A stretch of DNA of 64,000 bases, taken from the NCBI GenBank assembly GCA_963718615.1, contig OY970368.1, positions 512,001 to 576,000 on the forward strand, read 5' to 3'. The number at the start of each line of letters is the position of its first letter. Position 1 is the first letter of the stretch. Of the stretch, positions 41,667 to 51,548 are shown in pieces. The translations under genes and the position numbers were made by a program. The DNA comes from an uncultured cyanobacterium. GTDB taxonomy: Bacteria > Cyanobacteriota > Cyanobacteriia > PCC-9006 > JAAUQQ01. Below the pieces are notes generated by a model. It saw nothing but the letters and a program-made list of their open reading frames with translations, made no database searches and had not been told where the DNA came from.

Positions 41667-41733
41667 GCTAGAAAACAGCCCTTTTGAGCAAAAAAGCAAG
41701 TTCATGAATGAGCAAGATGAGCAGGCTGAATTT

Positions 41734-42291
41734 ATGGTGAGCCGTCGTACCGTACTGGGCTGGGGGGCTGGGTTAGGGATATCGATGGGGATGCTGGGTT
41801 GTGTGGGGCTGGGTTGGCCTGCTGGGGCGATCGCCCTAGGCGGCAAGCTCCCTCCCCTCGGAGAACCCGCCCCTGAGTTCACGCTCCCCACGAACACCGG
41901 AGATGGCGAAATTTCCCTCAGTGATTATCGGGGGCAGTGGGTGGTCCTGTATTTTTATCCCAAGGATTTCACCTCCGGCTGTACCCTCGAAGCCCAACGC
42001 TTTCAGCGGGACCTGTCTCAATATTTGGAGCGCAATGCCCAGATCATCGGGATTAGTGCCGATGATATTGATTCCCACGCCGAATTTTGTGAAGCCGAGG
42101 GACTCCGGTTTCCTCTGTTGGCCGATACGACCGGCACCGTCAGCAAAGCCTACGGCTCCTGGATCGCACCCTATTCCCGTCGGCATACATTCATCGTTGA
42201 CCCCGAGGGAATTCTGCGGAAGGTCTTCCTCGGGGTTTTGCCTGCAATTCACAGTCAAGAGGTCCTGGCCAAGCTTGATGAATTACGCTGA
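41734..42291 (+). CDS. peroxiredoxin Q/BCP with Tat signal peptide
   Basis: SRRTVL twin-Arg signal, YFYPKDFTSGCT peroxidatic motif. Confidence 0.9.
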   Translation: MVSRRTVLGWGAGLGISMGMLGCVGLGWPAGAIALGGKLPPLGEPAPEFTLPTNTGDGEISLSDYRGQWVVLYFYPKDFTSGCTLEAQRFQRDLSQYLERNAQIIGISADDIDSHAEFCEAEGLRFPLLADTTGTVSKAYGSWIAPYSRRHTFIVDPEGILRKVFLGVLPAIHSQEVLAKLDELR

Positions 42292-42304
42292 TTAGACTAG
42301 ACCT

Positions 42305-43453
42305 CTAGACGAGGGTAGGCTGGCACAATTCGCTCGATAGCGCCTGTTCCTGCTGGCTCATCTCCATGATGCTGCCCTGAAGAATTTGGCGACAGGTCAA
42401 GCCTTGGTTGTAGAGCCGTAGCCAGCGCTGGGCTGTGTTGCCCTGGTCCAGAATCGTCTTGAGCGGCGAGAGGAAACAGCGGAACCCTTGCTCCTCGGCG
42501 ATCGGCAATAATTCGGCATAGAGGCTGCGGATCCAGTCCTTGGCAATAATTTTTCGCCCATCCTCCCAGTGACGCAGCGTCGCATCCAGACTATCCTTGG
42601 CCACCGCCATTTCGTTGGCCGTGGCGATCGCCAGCAAATCCTCAGCGCGGTGACTCGCGGGTAGGCGACTGCACTCCAGCGGGTCAAGCCCCGGATCGGC
42701 CAAAAGCTGATGGAGTCGAGCTTCTAACAAGGCTGTAATGGCCAGCAGCGAGAGGGGATCCGTGACCAAATCACAGATCCGCAGTTCGAGGCGGTTGAGG
42801 TCGTAGGGACGGCGATCGCCATTGGGCCGCACCGACACCCACAAATGCCGCACATTCTGCATGGTGCCTAGTTCGAGCTGCCGTTCCACCCAGCGAATAT
42901 GGTCGATATGGCTTTCAAACAGGGGCACCTGGTCCGGCGTTTGGGGAAACATCTGCCAGCGGGTGGAGTGATATCCCGTTGGCAGACCATCCAAAAAGGG
43001 AGACGAAGCACTCAGGGCCAAATACAGCGGGGCTTCCAGCCGCAGCAACCGACAGGCCCGCATTAGCGCTTCGGGGTCATCGATGCCCACATTGATGTGG
43101 ATACTGGCGGTGACAACGCGGGTGCCGTAGGTCTGTTCGATGTAGTCGTGATAGGGATGGGATGGGTCGGAGCGAAAAAAGCGGTGGCTATCCCCCAAGG
43201 AAAGCGTGCTGCCGGGCAAGATGGTGTAGTCCCCGAGGGATTTGAGATAGCGGCGGAGCTGAAGTCGAGGCGTTACCAGGTCGCAGAGTAGTCGATCGTA
43301 GCGATCGCGAGGCGGCGTAATGTATTCGACATTGCGACTGTCCGGCTCCTTCACAAAATTGGGGAGATCTGCCGTAATACGATCGGACAGACCCACGATG
43401 TCACCATCGGGCGTGCCAGTGTAGGCTTCGACTTCAAATCCTTTTAACAGCAC
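42305..43453 (-). CDS. gshA: glutamate--cysteine ligase, cyanobacterial type
   Basis: KGFEVE, EPDSRNVEY, ASIHIN, SASSPF, RLELRICD. Confidence 0.92.
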   Translation of the reverse strand: MLLKGFEVEAYTGTPDGDIVGLSDRITADLPNFVKEPDSRNVEYITPPRDRYDRLLCDLVTPRLQLRRYLKSLGDYTILPGSTLSLGDSHRFFRSDPSHPYHDYIEQTYGTRVVTASIHINVGIDDPEALMRACRLLRLEAPLYLALSASSPFLDGLPTGYHSTRWQMFPQTPDQVPLFESHIDHIRWVERQLELGTMQNVRHLWVSVRPNGDRRPYDLNRLELRICDLVTDPLSLLAITALLEARLHQLLADPGLDPLECSRLPASHRAEDLLAIATANEMAVAKDSLDATLRHWEDGRKIIAKDWIRSLYAELLPIAEEQGFRCFLSPLKTILDQGNTAQRWLRLYNQGLTCRQILQGSIMEMSQQEQALSSELCQPTLV

Positions 43454-43556
43454 CGCATGATCCTCGTTAACTGCGAAGTGAATAGGGAGGGAAAGTGAAT
43501 CGGGACAGCAACCGTAGGATGAAGGGCGTTCATCCCCAGAAACGGGCCTAAACGCT

Positions 43557-43943
43557 CTAGCCCTCTTTTTGATTTTGCAAACGCTCCAGCTCTTCCCGCA
43601 GGGCAGCCACCTGAGCGGTTAGCGCTTTCAGATCTGCTTCTATCTCTAAATTGGCAGAGGGCACAACCGCCACCGTAGTATCCACGGTTTTGTAGCCAGC
43701 CCCCGGTGCGCCAGTCCAGCCCTGCTGAGCCAGCCAAGCATCAACAAAACTGCGGGCTTCCTGTTCGGTCACCGCGCCTTTGGCTTCCCATTCCTGGGCC
43801 AGTTGGTCAAAGTCGGTGGTGAGCTTGCGCATCGTTTCATCCCATTTGCGGGAGTCTTGCACACTCTCGACGAGCGAGGTCGTTGCGCCGAGGGCTGTAT
43901 GGAAGCCCTTTTGCAAAGTTGCGGTCAACGGGTCGGGATTCAT
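43557..43943 (-). CDS. conserved coiled-coil hypothetical protein (phasin-like)
   Basis: QKGFxxxLGA, KGxxTExEAR, C-terminal coiled coil. Confidence 0.7.
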   Translation of the reverse strand: MNPDPLTATLQKGFHTALGATTSLVESVQDSRKWDETMRKLTTDFDQLAQEWEAKGAVTEQEARSFVDAWLAQQGWTGAPGAGYKTVDTTVAVVPSANLEIEADLKALTAQVAALREELERLQNQKEG

Positions 43944-44030
43944 AGCGCCTGATTCCATGAAAGCTGGTTCGATCTTATCGCACCCGCCCAGAGTCGGGCT
44001 TTACGGAAACTACAACTGGTTTGATTCAAT

Positions 44031-44369
44031 TCAAATTTGCTCTAAAAACAGGTTGAGGTCTTCGATCACACGGGTGAGCTCCGCTTCCGTACTCAGACGA
44101 ATCCGCTCATCCCGCAGGGTTACTAGCAGCTTGGCCGCAAAGGGGCTCGGCCAAATATTGGGATTGCAAAACAGCTCCAGGAATACCTCGCCTCGGTGAC
44201 AGTATTCCATGGCAGGCTGAGGTGAGGCCTTTTTGCCAGTCCCGGCGGCGGCGACGGCTTTGAGTCCGGTCATGAGGTCGTTCAGGGCAGTCTTGAGGTC
44301 CTGGGCCGCGTCCGGCGGGAAGGCAAAACTAACGGAGCCAGTTTCCAGATTAAGGGTGAGTTGAGTCAT
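44031..44369 (-). CDS. conserved cyanobacterial hypothetical protein
   Basis: FLELFCNPNIWPSPFAAK motif, 112 aa. Confidence 0.75.
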   Translation of the reverse strand: MTQLTLNLETGSVSFAFPPDAAQDLKTALNDLMTGLKAVAAAGTGKKASPQPAMEYCHRGEVFLELFCNPNIWPSPFAAKLLVTLRDERIRLSTEAELTRVIEDLNLFLEQI

Positions 44370-44561
44370 GGGAATATTGCTAGGGGATAAACGATGGGGA
44401 TAACTCGGGGAGTGCTTGGGGGAAATCGCCCGTCTCTAACTAGATTGTCTGTGAAGATTGTCAACCCGTGCGGTCATCCCCGGATAAGATACGGATTCAC
44501 ACCATTCTCGAACGTAGGTCTCTAGATAAAATTGAAGCGGCCAGGAGCGAGGGAAGACGCC

Positions 44562-46109
44562 ATGGGGATTGACGAACAACTATCCAAATTGCTCAAGCGA
44601 CCGGTGTTGACCGGGGGTTTGGGGTTGGCGACCGGACTTTGGGTTTTGAATAGTTTGGGCAATAGCCTGGGCGGTTCGGCGTCCCACGGGGATGGCTTTG
44701 GCTTGACAGGAACTGTGGCGATCGCCGCTGGGGTCTGGTGGCTTCATCGCCGGTCGCAAGCGACACCCAACCTCGACCTGCCCGCGCTCCATCCGTCTCA
44801 ACTCAATCGGGCCGATGTGGAACAGGCGATCGCCCAAACCCAACTCACCCTCGATCAACTCGGTGCGGAACTGGCCCCCGACAATCAGCAGCTTATTCCC
44901 GCCGAGATTTTTCCTAAGCTCCACAATACCCTGGCTCAATTGACCGCCGAACTCGATCGCCAAGACCTGCGCCTGGGCGTAGTTGGAAGCCAAGGAGTGG
45001 GCAAAACGACGCTGCTGGAAGTCTTGGCGCAACAGTGGAAACCCGAGTCAGTCAGCAAACTTCAGCTCCTTGATACCCCGCCCCTCTTTCGAGCCCTTAC
45101 CCTTGCCCGTTCCACGGACCCAGCCCTAGAGTCAGGACTCGACTGGAGCATTCCCCAGGGAGTTTTGGAGGCCGACGCCGTGCTTTTTGTCACCGCAGGG
45201 GACCTAGCCGATACGGAGTTTCGCTGCTTGCGGTGGCTCCAGCCCCAGGTTTCACGCCTTTTTGTTGTGCTCAATAAACAGGATCAGCGGTTGCCCCAGG
45301 AGCAGGCCCTGCTAGTGGGACGATTGCGATCGCACCTCAAAGACATCCTCCCAGCCGGAGATGTGGTGGCGATCGCGGCCAAGCCCTCCCCTCTCACGGT
45401 TATTCAACCCCAGGCCGATGGTTCGGTGCGGCAGGAGCAGGTGATTCAGGAGGCGAATTTGGCGCTGTTGAGCGATCGCCTCAATCAGTTGTTGATCGAA
45501 GAACCCGTGCAGCCCTTGATTTGGCAAACGGTAAAAACGCGGGCCGAACAGCTCGAAGCCGAAGCCAAGGACTGGCTCAATACCCTGCGCCGCGCCAAGT
45601 CGATGAAAGTTGTTGAGCAATATCAATGGGTTTCCGCAGGGGCTGCGTTTGTCAATCCGCTCCCGAGTTTGGATCTGTTGGCCACGGCGGCGGTGAGCAG
45701 TCAACTGATTCTGGATCTCTCGAAGATTTATCAGCAGCCGCTTTCGGTGGAGCATGCCAAGACCCTGGCGATCGCCCTCGCTGAGATGCTAATCAAACTC
45801 GGCCTGGTGGAAGTTTCCACCCAGCTTTTGGGCACCGTTCTCAAAACCAACGGCCTTACCTACGTCGCCGGGGGCATGATCCAAGGGGCCAGTGCCGCCT
45901 ATCTAACGCGGGTGGTGGGATTGAGTTTGATGGACTATTTCCAAGAGCTCGCGATCACAGGCGAAGCCCCAGAACCCCAGACGCTGGAGCGGCTCAAGCA
46001 AGCTTTACAAAAAACGTTTCAAGCCAGCCGTCAAACCAATCTGGTGCAGGTCTTGGCGATGCAGGCGTTGCAGCGCCTCAAGCCCGAGAAGGAGTTTGTC
46101 GGCAGTTAG
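44562..46109 (+). CDS. membrane-anchored GTPase-like protein with DUF697 domain
   Basis: N-terminal TM segments, G1 GSQGVGKT, DTPP, NKQD, NPLPSLDLLA. Confidence 0.8.
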   Translation: MGIDEQLSKLLKRPVLTGGLGLATGLWVLNSLGNSLGGSASHGDGFGLTGTVAIAAGVWWLHRRSQATPNLDLPALHPSQLNRADVEQAIAQTQLTLDQLGAELAPDNQQLIPAEIFPKLHNTLAQLTAELDRQDLRLGVVGSQGVGKTTLLEVLAQQWKPESVSKLQLLDTPPLFRALTLARSTDPALESGLDWSIPQGVLEADAVLFVTAGDLADTEFRCLRWLQPQVSRLFVVLNKQDQRLPQEQALLVGRLRSHLKDILPAGDVVAIAAKPSPLTVIQPQADGSVRQEQVIQEANLALLSDRLNQLLIEEPVQPLIWQTVKTRAEQLEAEAKDWLNTLRRAKSMKVVEQYQWVSAGAAFVNPLPSLDLLATAAVSSQLILDLSKIYQQPLSVEHAKTLAIALAEMLIKLGLVEVSTQLLGTVLKTNGLTYVAGGMIQGASAAYLTRVVGLSLMDYFQELAITGEAPEPQTLERLKQALQKTFQASRQTNLVQVLAMQALQRLKPEKEFVGS

Positions 46110-46230
46110 GGTTTTGTTTTCGATTGAGATTTTTCGACATCGCGGCGGTATCTCTGCATAAAGGTTAGGCGATCGCCCTAGAAATGGTGGAGCACAGGCT
46201 CACAGCTAACCAATCTTCTAGGTAAACACC

Positions 46231-47163
46231 ATGACTTTTATTCCAGGAACCAACGTCAACGATGTTCTCAACGGTAGCGGTCTCAGCGATGTCATCTATG
46301 GTTATGGCGGCAACGATGTGATTTCCGGTGGCGGCGGTCAAGATTATATGGATGGCGGCAGCGGCATCGATACCGTCGACTACACCTACTGGAACGGCGG
46401 TGGCACCTACAACCTGAGCACAGGTGTTGCCAGCTTTGTCGGCTTCTACAACGAAACCATTCTCAACTTTGAAAACATCAATACCGGAGCCGGTAACGAT
46501 GTGATTTACGGTTCTGCTCTCGCCAACGTCATCAAAGCGGGTGCAGGCAATGACTCCATCTATGCCGGTGCAGGCAATGATTCGCTTTACGGCGAAGCTG
46601 GCAATGACTATATGGATGGCTGGACCGGCGATGACTACATGGATGGTGGCGCTGGTAATGACACCATGTACGGCTACACCGGCAATGACTATATGGATGG
46701 CTGGACCGGTAACGACTCCATGTATGGCGAAGACGGTAATGACACGCTGCTCGGCTATTCCGGCGATGACTACCTCAGCGGCGGCAATGGCAATGACACG
46801 CTGAAGGGCGAAGCTGGGAACGACAAACTTTTTGGCGGCGCGGGGGCAGACAAGCTCTATGGCTCTGTTTCCACGGCGATGAATACCTATGAATATGACG
46901 AGATGACCGGCGGCGCGGGGGCAGATGTCTTTGTTCTGGGAGCTTCCTATGGCAGCTTCTATCAAGGAGCAGGATATGCCACACTCAAGGATTTCCATTG
47001 GGGTGAAGGCGACAAGATTCAGGTGTATGGTTCAACCAGTAACTACACGCTGAATCAGTCCTGGGATGGCAGCAAGTGGAACACGGATATTCTCAAGAAT
47101 GGGGATTTGATCGGGGTTGCCCAAGGAGCCTATGTGATCCAGGCAGACTTGGTTGTGGCCTAG
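46231..47163 (+). CDS. RTX/hemolysin-type calcium-binding repeat protein
   Basis: Many GGxGxD nonapeptides (GGAGND, GGNGND, GGAGAD); no Sec signal. Confidence 0.9.
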   Translation: MTFIPGTNVNDVLNGSGLSDVIYGYGGNDVISGGGGQDYMDGGSGIDTVDYTYWNGGGTYNLSTGVASFVGFYNETILNFENINTGAGNDVIYGSALANVIKAGAGNDSIYAGAGNDSLYGEAGNDYMDGWTGDDYMDGGAGNDTMYGYTGNDYMDGWTGNDSMYGEDGNDTLLGYSGDDYLSGGNGNDTLKGEAGNDKLFGGAGADKLYGSVSTAMNTYEYDEMTGGAGADVFVLGASYGSFYQGAGYATLKDFHWGEGDKIQVYGSTSNYTLNQSWDGSKWNTDILKNGDLIGVAQGAYVIQADLVVA

Positions 47164-47287
47164 AGGAGGTCTAAGACCGGTTCCGCAATCAGTTCTGAGA
47201 TTCAGTTCTGAGATTCGGTTCTAAGAAATCGCCCCCCTTATTCCTCACCCTGAGGGCAGGGGGGTGAGAATGTCTTAAACGCCACCC

Positions 47288-47974
47288 TTAGGCATAAAGC
47301 AAATCGTACTGGGGCAGGGTTTCTGTCTCGGCGAGGCCCGCCACAACCCAGTCCTGCAAAGCCGGTAGGGCTAAAATCACATCCCGATATTGGGCCTCCA
47401 GTGGGCTTAATTCAACGTCATAGGTGATAAATCTCAGGGCAACGGGGGCATACATGGCATCGGCGATCGAAAAGGCTCCACACAAAAACTCACCCGATTC
47501 CCCAAACCGCGATCGACAATCCGTCCAAATCTGCCGCACCCGCGCAATATCCGACTCGCTCTCCGGCGTCCGCCCTTTCCCCGGAAAACGGGCTTTGCAG
47601 TTCATCGGCATCTGTTGCCGCAACGCCAAGAAGCCTGAATGCATTTCGGCACTGATACAGCGCGCCACCGTCCTTGCTTCTAGGGTTTCAGGCCACCAAA
47701 ATTTCTCCGCATCCCGCTCTGCCAAGTACTCCAGAATCGCCAAGGAATCCCAGATGAGGCGATCGCCATCCTGCAAAATCGGCACCCGCCCTGCCGGAGA
47801 ATATTCGCAAATCACTGCCGCCGAACCTGGCTGATAGAGCGGAATCCGGATCTCTTCAAACTCCACCCCCATTTGCTTCATCGCCAACCAGGGGCGCAGG
47901 GACCAGGACGAGTAGTTTTTATTGCCAATCATCAGCGTCAGCATTGCATCGTTTTCCATTGCATCGTTTTCCAT
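47288..47974 (-). CDS. glutathione S-transferase family protein (alternative starts at 47959 and 47944)
   Basis: GNKNYSSWSLRPW, VPIL, WDSLAI, EMHSGF, FSIADAMY. Confidence 0.92.
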   Translation of the reverse strand: MENDAMENDAMLTLMIGNKNYSSWSLRPWLAMKQMGVEFEEIRIPLYQPGSAAVICEYSPAGRVPILQDGDRLIWDSLAILEYLAERDAEKFWWPETLEARTVARCISAEMHSGFLALRQQMPMNCKARFPGKGRTPESESDIARVRQIWTDCRSRFGESGEFLCGAFSIADAMYAPVALRFITYDVELSPLEAQYRDVILALPALQDWVVAGLAETETLPQYDLLYA

Positions 47975-47986
47975 TGCATCGTTCTC
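47942..47986. repeat. 15-nt triplication of the GST translation-start region
   Basis: CATTGCATCGTTTTC x2 + CATTGCATCGTTCTC. Confidence 0.9.
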
Positions 47987-48054
47987 CCAGAAGGCTTTCA
48001 GTCCCCGTCACCTTAATCAGTCTGGCCTCTGGCAATCAAGCGATCGCCCGCATC

Positions 48055-48078
48055 CTATCCATCAGTTTCATTCATAGC
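48055..48078. promoter_or_regulatory. putative LysR binding site between divergent GST and LysR genes
   Basis: T-N11-A (48062-48074) within CTATCCATCAGTTTCATTCATAG. Confidence 0.4.
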
Positions 48079-48159
48079 TTTCATTCAAGCGCCCCGTTTC
48101 TCTCCTTCCTGCGCTCCACTATGCTGAGAATGCGCCCTATCTCATGCGTTGCCCGCCCC

Positions 48160-49092
48160 ATGAACCTCTCCCAAATCCGCGCCGTGATTGCCGTCGCTGA
48201 GCAGAAAAACTTCAGCGCGGCTGCCCTGGAATTGGGTCTTTCGCAATCCGCAGTCAGCCACGCGATCGCCACTTTAGAACAGGAACTGGGTGTGACGTTG
48301 TTTAGTCGCGGTCGGTATGGAGCGGTGTTAACGCCAGCGGGCGATCGCATTGTTCAGCAAGCCCGCTTGGTCCTCAATCATTTAAATAACATGACCCTCG
48401 AAGCCTATAAACATCGAGGGTTGGAGGGTGGGGAGGTTCGTGTCGCCACCTTTCGCAGCGTTGCCACCCATCTGTTACCTCAGGTGATTGTCCAGTTTAA
48501 CCAGCAGTTCCCCGACATTACGGTCACGCTCATTGAGCGGGAACATTACATCGCGATCGAGCATTGTCTACGCCATGGAGAAGCTGATATTGGCTTTACC
48601 TATCACACCGCAGAAACGAACGATTTAGAAACTTTTGAAGTTATTCACGACGAATACCTTGCCCTTTTCCCACCGACAATTCAGGCTCCCCCGGAAAGAC
48701 TAACCTGGGAAGATTTTACAACGATGCCAATTTTACTGGTTCCTTGTTTACCCTGCGGAATCGGTCTGCATCAGCACCTCACGCAACATGCTCCGCAGTT
48801 AGCCACGAATAGTTCCATTCGAGAAGACTCGACTGCTGTTAGCATGATCCACCGAGGGCTCGCCATCGGCATTTTTCCTTGGCTGGCAGCAGAACCAATT
48901 CCCCCCGTAATTCACCGCCGTTCGCTTCCCGTCCCTCATAAGCGAGTCATCATTGCAGCCCGCGTAATCGATCGGCTTCATTCTCCTGCAGTTTTTGCCT
49001 TTTGGGAAGAATTGCAGCGTCATGCTCCGTTTCCCCATCGATTATTAGCATCCCAGGGCCCTATCGAACCTCATCCCATCAAACTAAATTGA
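48160..49092 (+). CDS. LysR-family transcriptional regulator
   Basis: MNLSQI...NFSAAALELGLSQSAVSHAIATLEQELG..LFxR HTH; substrate-binding domain. Confidence 0.93.
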   Translation: MNLSQIRAVIAVAEQKNFSAAALELGLSQSAVSHAIATLEQELGVTLFSRGRYGAVLTPAGDRIVQQARLVLNHLNNMTLEAYKHRGLEGGEVRVATFRSVATHLLPQVIVQFNQQFPDITVTLIEREHYIAIEHCLRHGEADIGFTYHTAETNDLETFEVIHDEYLALFPPTIQAPPERLTWEDFTTMPILLVPCLPCGIGLHQHLTQHAPQLATNSSIREDSTAVSMIHRGLAIGIFPWLAAEPIPPVIHRRSLPVPHKRVIIAARVIDRLHSPAVFAFWEELQRHAPFPHRLLASQGPIEPHPIKLN

Positions 49093-50557
49093 AATCCTCT
49101 AGTCGAATTCGTTTGACTTGTCGAGCATATTTCCAGGTAAAATCAGGCCAGTTATTAATCACTTTACCCGATTCATTTTTGTACCAGCTTTGACAGCTAG
49201 AGCTCCACACCAGTCGCTGCATATCCTCTTGTAGCTTGGCGTTATGGTTGGCCATCACCTCTGACTTAACATCTAAATATTTTAGATTTTTTTGCTTGAT
49301 GAGCTGTAGCAATTGAACAATATAGTCAACCTGTTTTTCAATCATATAAACAATTGAACTATGCCCTAATCCCGTATTCGGCCCAAAGAGCAGAAAGAAA
49401 TTAGGAAAACCAGAAACCATCATGCCAAAATAAGCCTCTGGACCCATTTTCCAAGCCTGGGAAAGCATTTTTCCAGCCACCCCTTCTAGCTGGATGGGAT
49501 GCAAAAATGCATTAGATTTAAAGCCTGTACCAAAAATAATCACATCCACAGGATACTGCTTACCATCCGCTGTAATAATTTCCTTTGGAGTGACTTTGGC
49601 TATCCCATGACTAATGACCTCAACAGTTGGTCGGGCTAAAACTTCATAATAATCATTGGAAAGCAAGATCCGTTTACAGCCAACGGTATATTCGGGTAAT
49701 AACGAATCGTCAAGATTTACTTTTTTTAGTCGACTTAAGATTTTCTGAGTTAGCCTTTGCTGAAATAGTTTTCCGGAAAGCGTCCCCTGGAGAAAAACTC
49801 TAAATCGCATCTCTAAGGTCCAATAAATCCAAAAACGGCGCAGCGCTGGAGCCCAAGGAAAATGATGATTCAACCACTGCTCAACGGACGAGAAGTTATT
49901 GTTGCCTTTTGTCGCAACCCACTGGGGCGATCGCTGAAAAATATAGGTTTTAGCCGCTTTTTCCGCAACCGGGGGAACAAATTGAACGGCACTAGCCGCA
50001 TTACCCACCACAGCCACCGTTTTGCCCTGCAAATCACATTGATGATCCCAGCGCGCTGAATGAAACTGAGTTCCGGCAAATTGGTTCAATCCTTCGATGG
50101 CAGGTATGGAAGGATGATGCAGTTGTCCACAGGCCGAAACCAAAAACTTGGTGTAAAAGATTTGCCCCTGAGAGGTTATCACTTGCCATTGACCATCCGT
50201 CTCTTGAAAAACCGCTTGAGCAATTTCAGTTTTAAACTTGATATGGGCATAGAGCCCATATTTGCTGGCACAATGTTCCAAATACTCTAGAATTTCAGCC
50301 TGCTCGGCATAGCGAAATGACCAATCTTTCTTTTGCTCAAAGGAGTAGGAGTACAAAAAAGAAGGCACATCACAGGCAGAACCTGGATAATGATTATCTC
50401 GCCAAGTTCCTCCAACTCGGCTTTCCTTCTCGCAGATTATAAAATTATCGATCCCTGCTTGCTTCAGACGAATGCCCATGCATAAACCAGCAAACCCAGA
50501 ACCAATAACAACAGCATCTAGAGTACTGATTGAACTAGTAGAGTCATTAGAAATCAT
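49079..50557 (-). CDS. type I Baeyer-Villiger / flavin-containing monooxygenase
   Basis: GSGFAG, GGTWxxNxYPG, BVMO fingerprint FAGTQFHSARW, GNAASA. Confidence 0.9.
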   Translation of the reverse strand: MISNDSTSSISTLDAVVIGSGFAGLCMGIRLKQAGIDNFIICEKESRVGGTWRDNHYPGSACDVPSFLYSYSFEQKKDWSFRYAEQAEILEYLEHCASKYGLYAHIKFKTEIAQAVFQETDGQWQVITSQGQIFYTKFLVSACGQLHHPSIPAIEGLNQFAGTQFHSARWDHQCDLQGKTVAVVGNAASAVQFVPPVAEKAAKTYIFQRSPQWVATKGNNNFSSVEQWLNHHFPWAPALRRFWIYWTLEMRFRVFLQGTLSGKLFQQRLTQKILSRLKKVNLDDSLLPEYTVGCKRILLSNDYYEVLARPTVEVISHGIAKVTPKEIITADGKQYPVDVIIFGTGFKSNAFLHPIQLEGVAGKMLSQAWKMGPEAYFGMMVSGFPNFFLLFGPNTGLGHSSIVYMIEKQVDYIVQLLQLIKQKNLKYLDVKSEVMANHNAKLQEDMQRLVWSSSCQSWYKNESGKVINNWPDFTWKYARQVKRIRLEDFNLV

Positions 50558-50591
50558 GAATAAATATAGATCCTAGTAAAGATTTAGCGCG

Positions 50592-51488
50592 TCAATTCGA
50601 TGGATCAGAGGGAAACTCGGTCATCAACCAATCCACTAACAGCTTTTGGTATGTTTCTGTACATTCTGCAAAAAACATATGACCCACCCCCGGCAATAAC
50701 GTTAAGGTCGTATTCGGAACCTCCTGAGCGATCGCCAGGGCCTGTTGCATCGGGATAAGAGGGTCTTGCTCACCCGCAACAACAGCCAATGGGGCCTGAA
50801 TCTTTTGCAACAAAGGGCCAATATCCATCTCTCTCAGCCCCGCAAACAAATAGAGCAAATGATCTAAATTGTGCCGAGCTGCATCAAGTCGCATAGGCTC
50901 TAAGGTTTCTGACAAGACGGAAGCCTTAAAATAAGCACGACGGTTCGCTGCATTCAAGGCAGATGCAATTCGGTATCTGCGCGAATTAGAGGCACCAAAA
51001 CGGAGGATCCCCTTAAATAATAAACGACCCGGCAGAGGACCACAAGCTAGCTTTTGTAAAAAACCAAACAAGCCAGTCCAGGCTCCCTGATAAAACCCTG
51101 AAATGCAGAGGACAGAGCGAATTTGCTGGGGTCTCAGAGCTGCCAAAAGCAAGGCAGCAAAGGCTCCTGTAGAATGGCCCACGACCATAACGGGCTGATT
51201 ACCTACAAGCTGACCAATCGCCGTGCCTAAAACCTGTGCAAACATTTCCGGTGTCACACGGGCTGGGCCGAAGTCCTCGGGAGCGATCGCCGGAAAATGT
51301 CCAGGCAAACTCAGGGAGTACCAAGGATAGTTCTGCCGAATTTCTGCCGGTAGACTCGGGGGCCAAAAGTGGATCGAAGCCGTGATGCCATGTAAAAAAA
51401 TAATGGGAGGACCAGGCTTGCTGGGGTTGCCCGCGATCGCGACCAAGCGATGTTTTTCTACTTCCAACTCGATAAGATGCTGTTCCAT
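50592..51488 (-). CDS. alpha/beta-fold hydrolase (esterase-like)
   Basis: FLHG oxyanion loop, GHSTG nucleophile elbow, GEQD, GVGH. Confidence 0.88.
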   Translation of the reverse strand: MEQHLIELEVEKHRLVAIAGNPSKPGPPIIFLHGITASIHFWPPSLPAEIRQNYPWYSLSLPGHFPAIAPEDFGPARVTPEMFAQVLGTAIGQLVGNQPVMVVGHSTGAFAALLLAALRPQQIRSVLCISGFYQGAWTGLFGFLQKLACGPLPGRLLFKGILRFGASNSRRYRIASALNAANRRAYFKASVLSETLEPMRLDAARHNLDHLLYLFAGLREMDIGPLLQKIQAPLAVVAGEQDPLIPMQQALAIAQEVPNTTLTLLPGVGHMFFAECTETYQKLLVDWLMTEFPSDPSN

Positions 51489-51548
51489 CGGGATTTAGTG
51501 CCAATCTAAGATAATAGAAAAACGCTCACGGATCCCTATTGTGAGACC

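Noticed and set aside
46165-46998. 277-aa antisense ORF to the RTX gene (and similar antisense ORFs, e.g. 12598-13293, 39628-40233)
   Set aside because: Shadow frames caused by repeat and codon bias of the real genes
21098-47986. Short repeat arrays (21098, 34641, 47191, 47942) as CRISPR
   Set aside because: Units are 12-15 nt, directly tandem, without unique spacers; no cas genes
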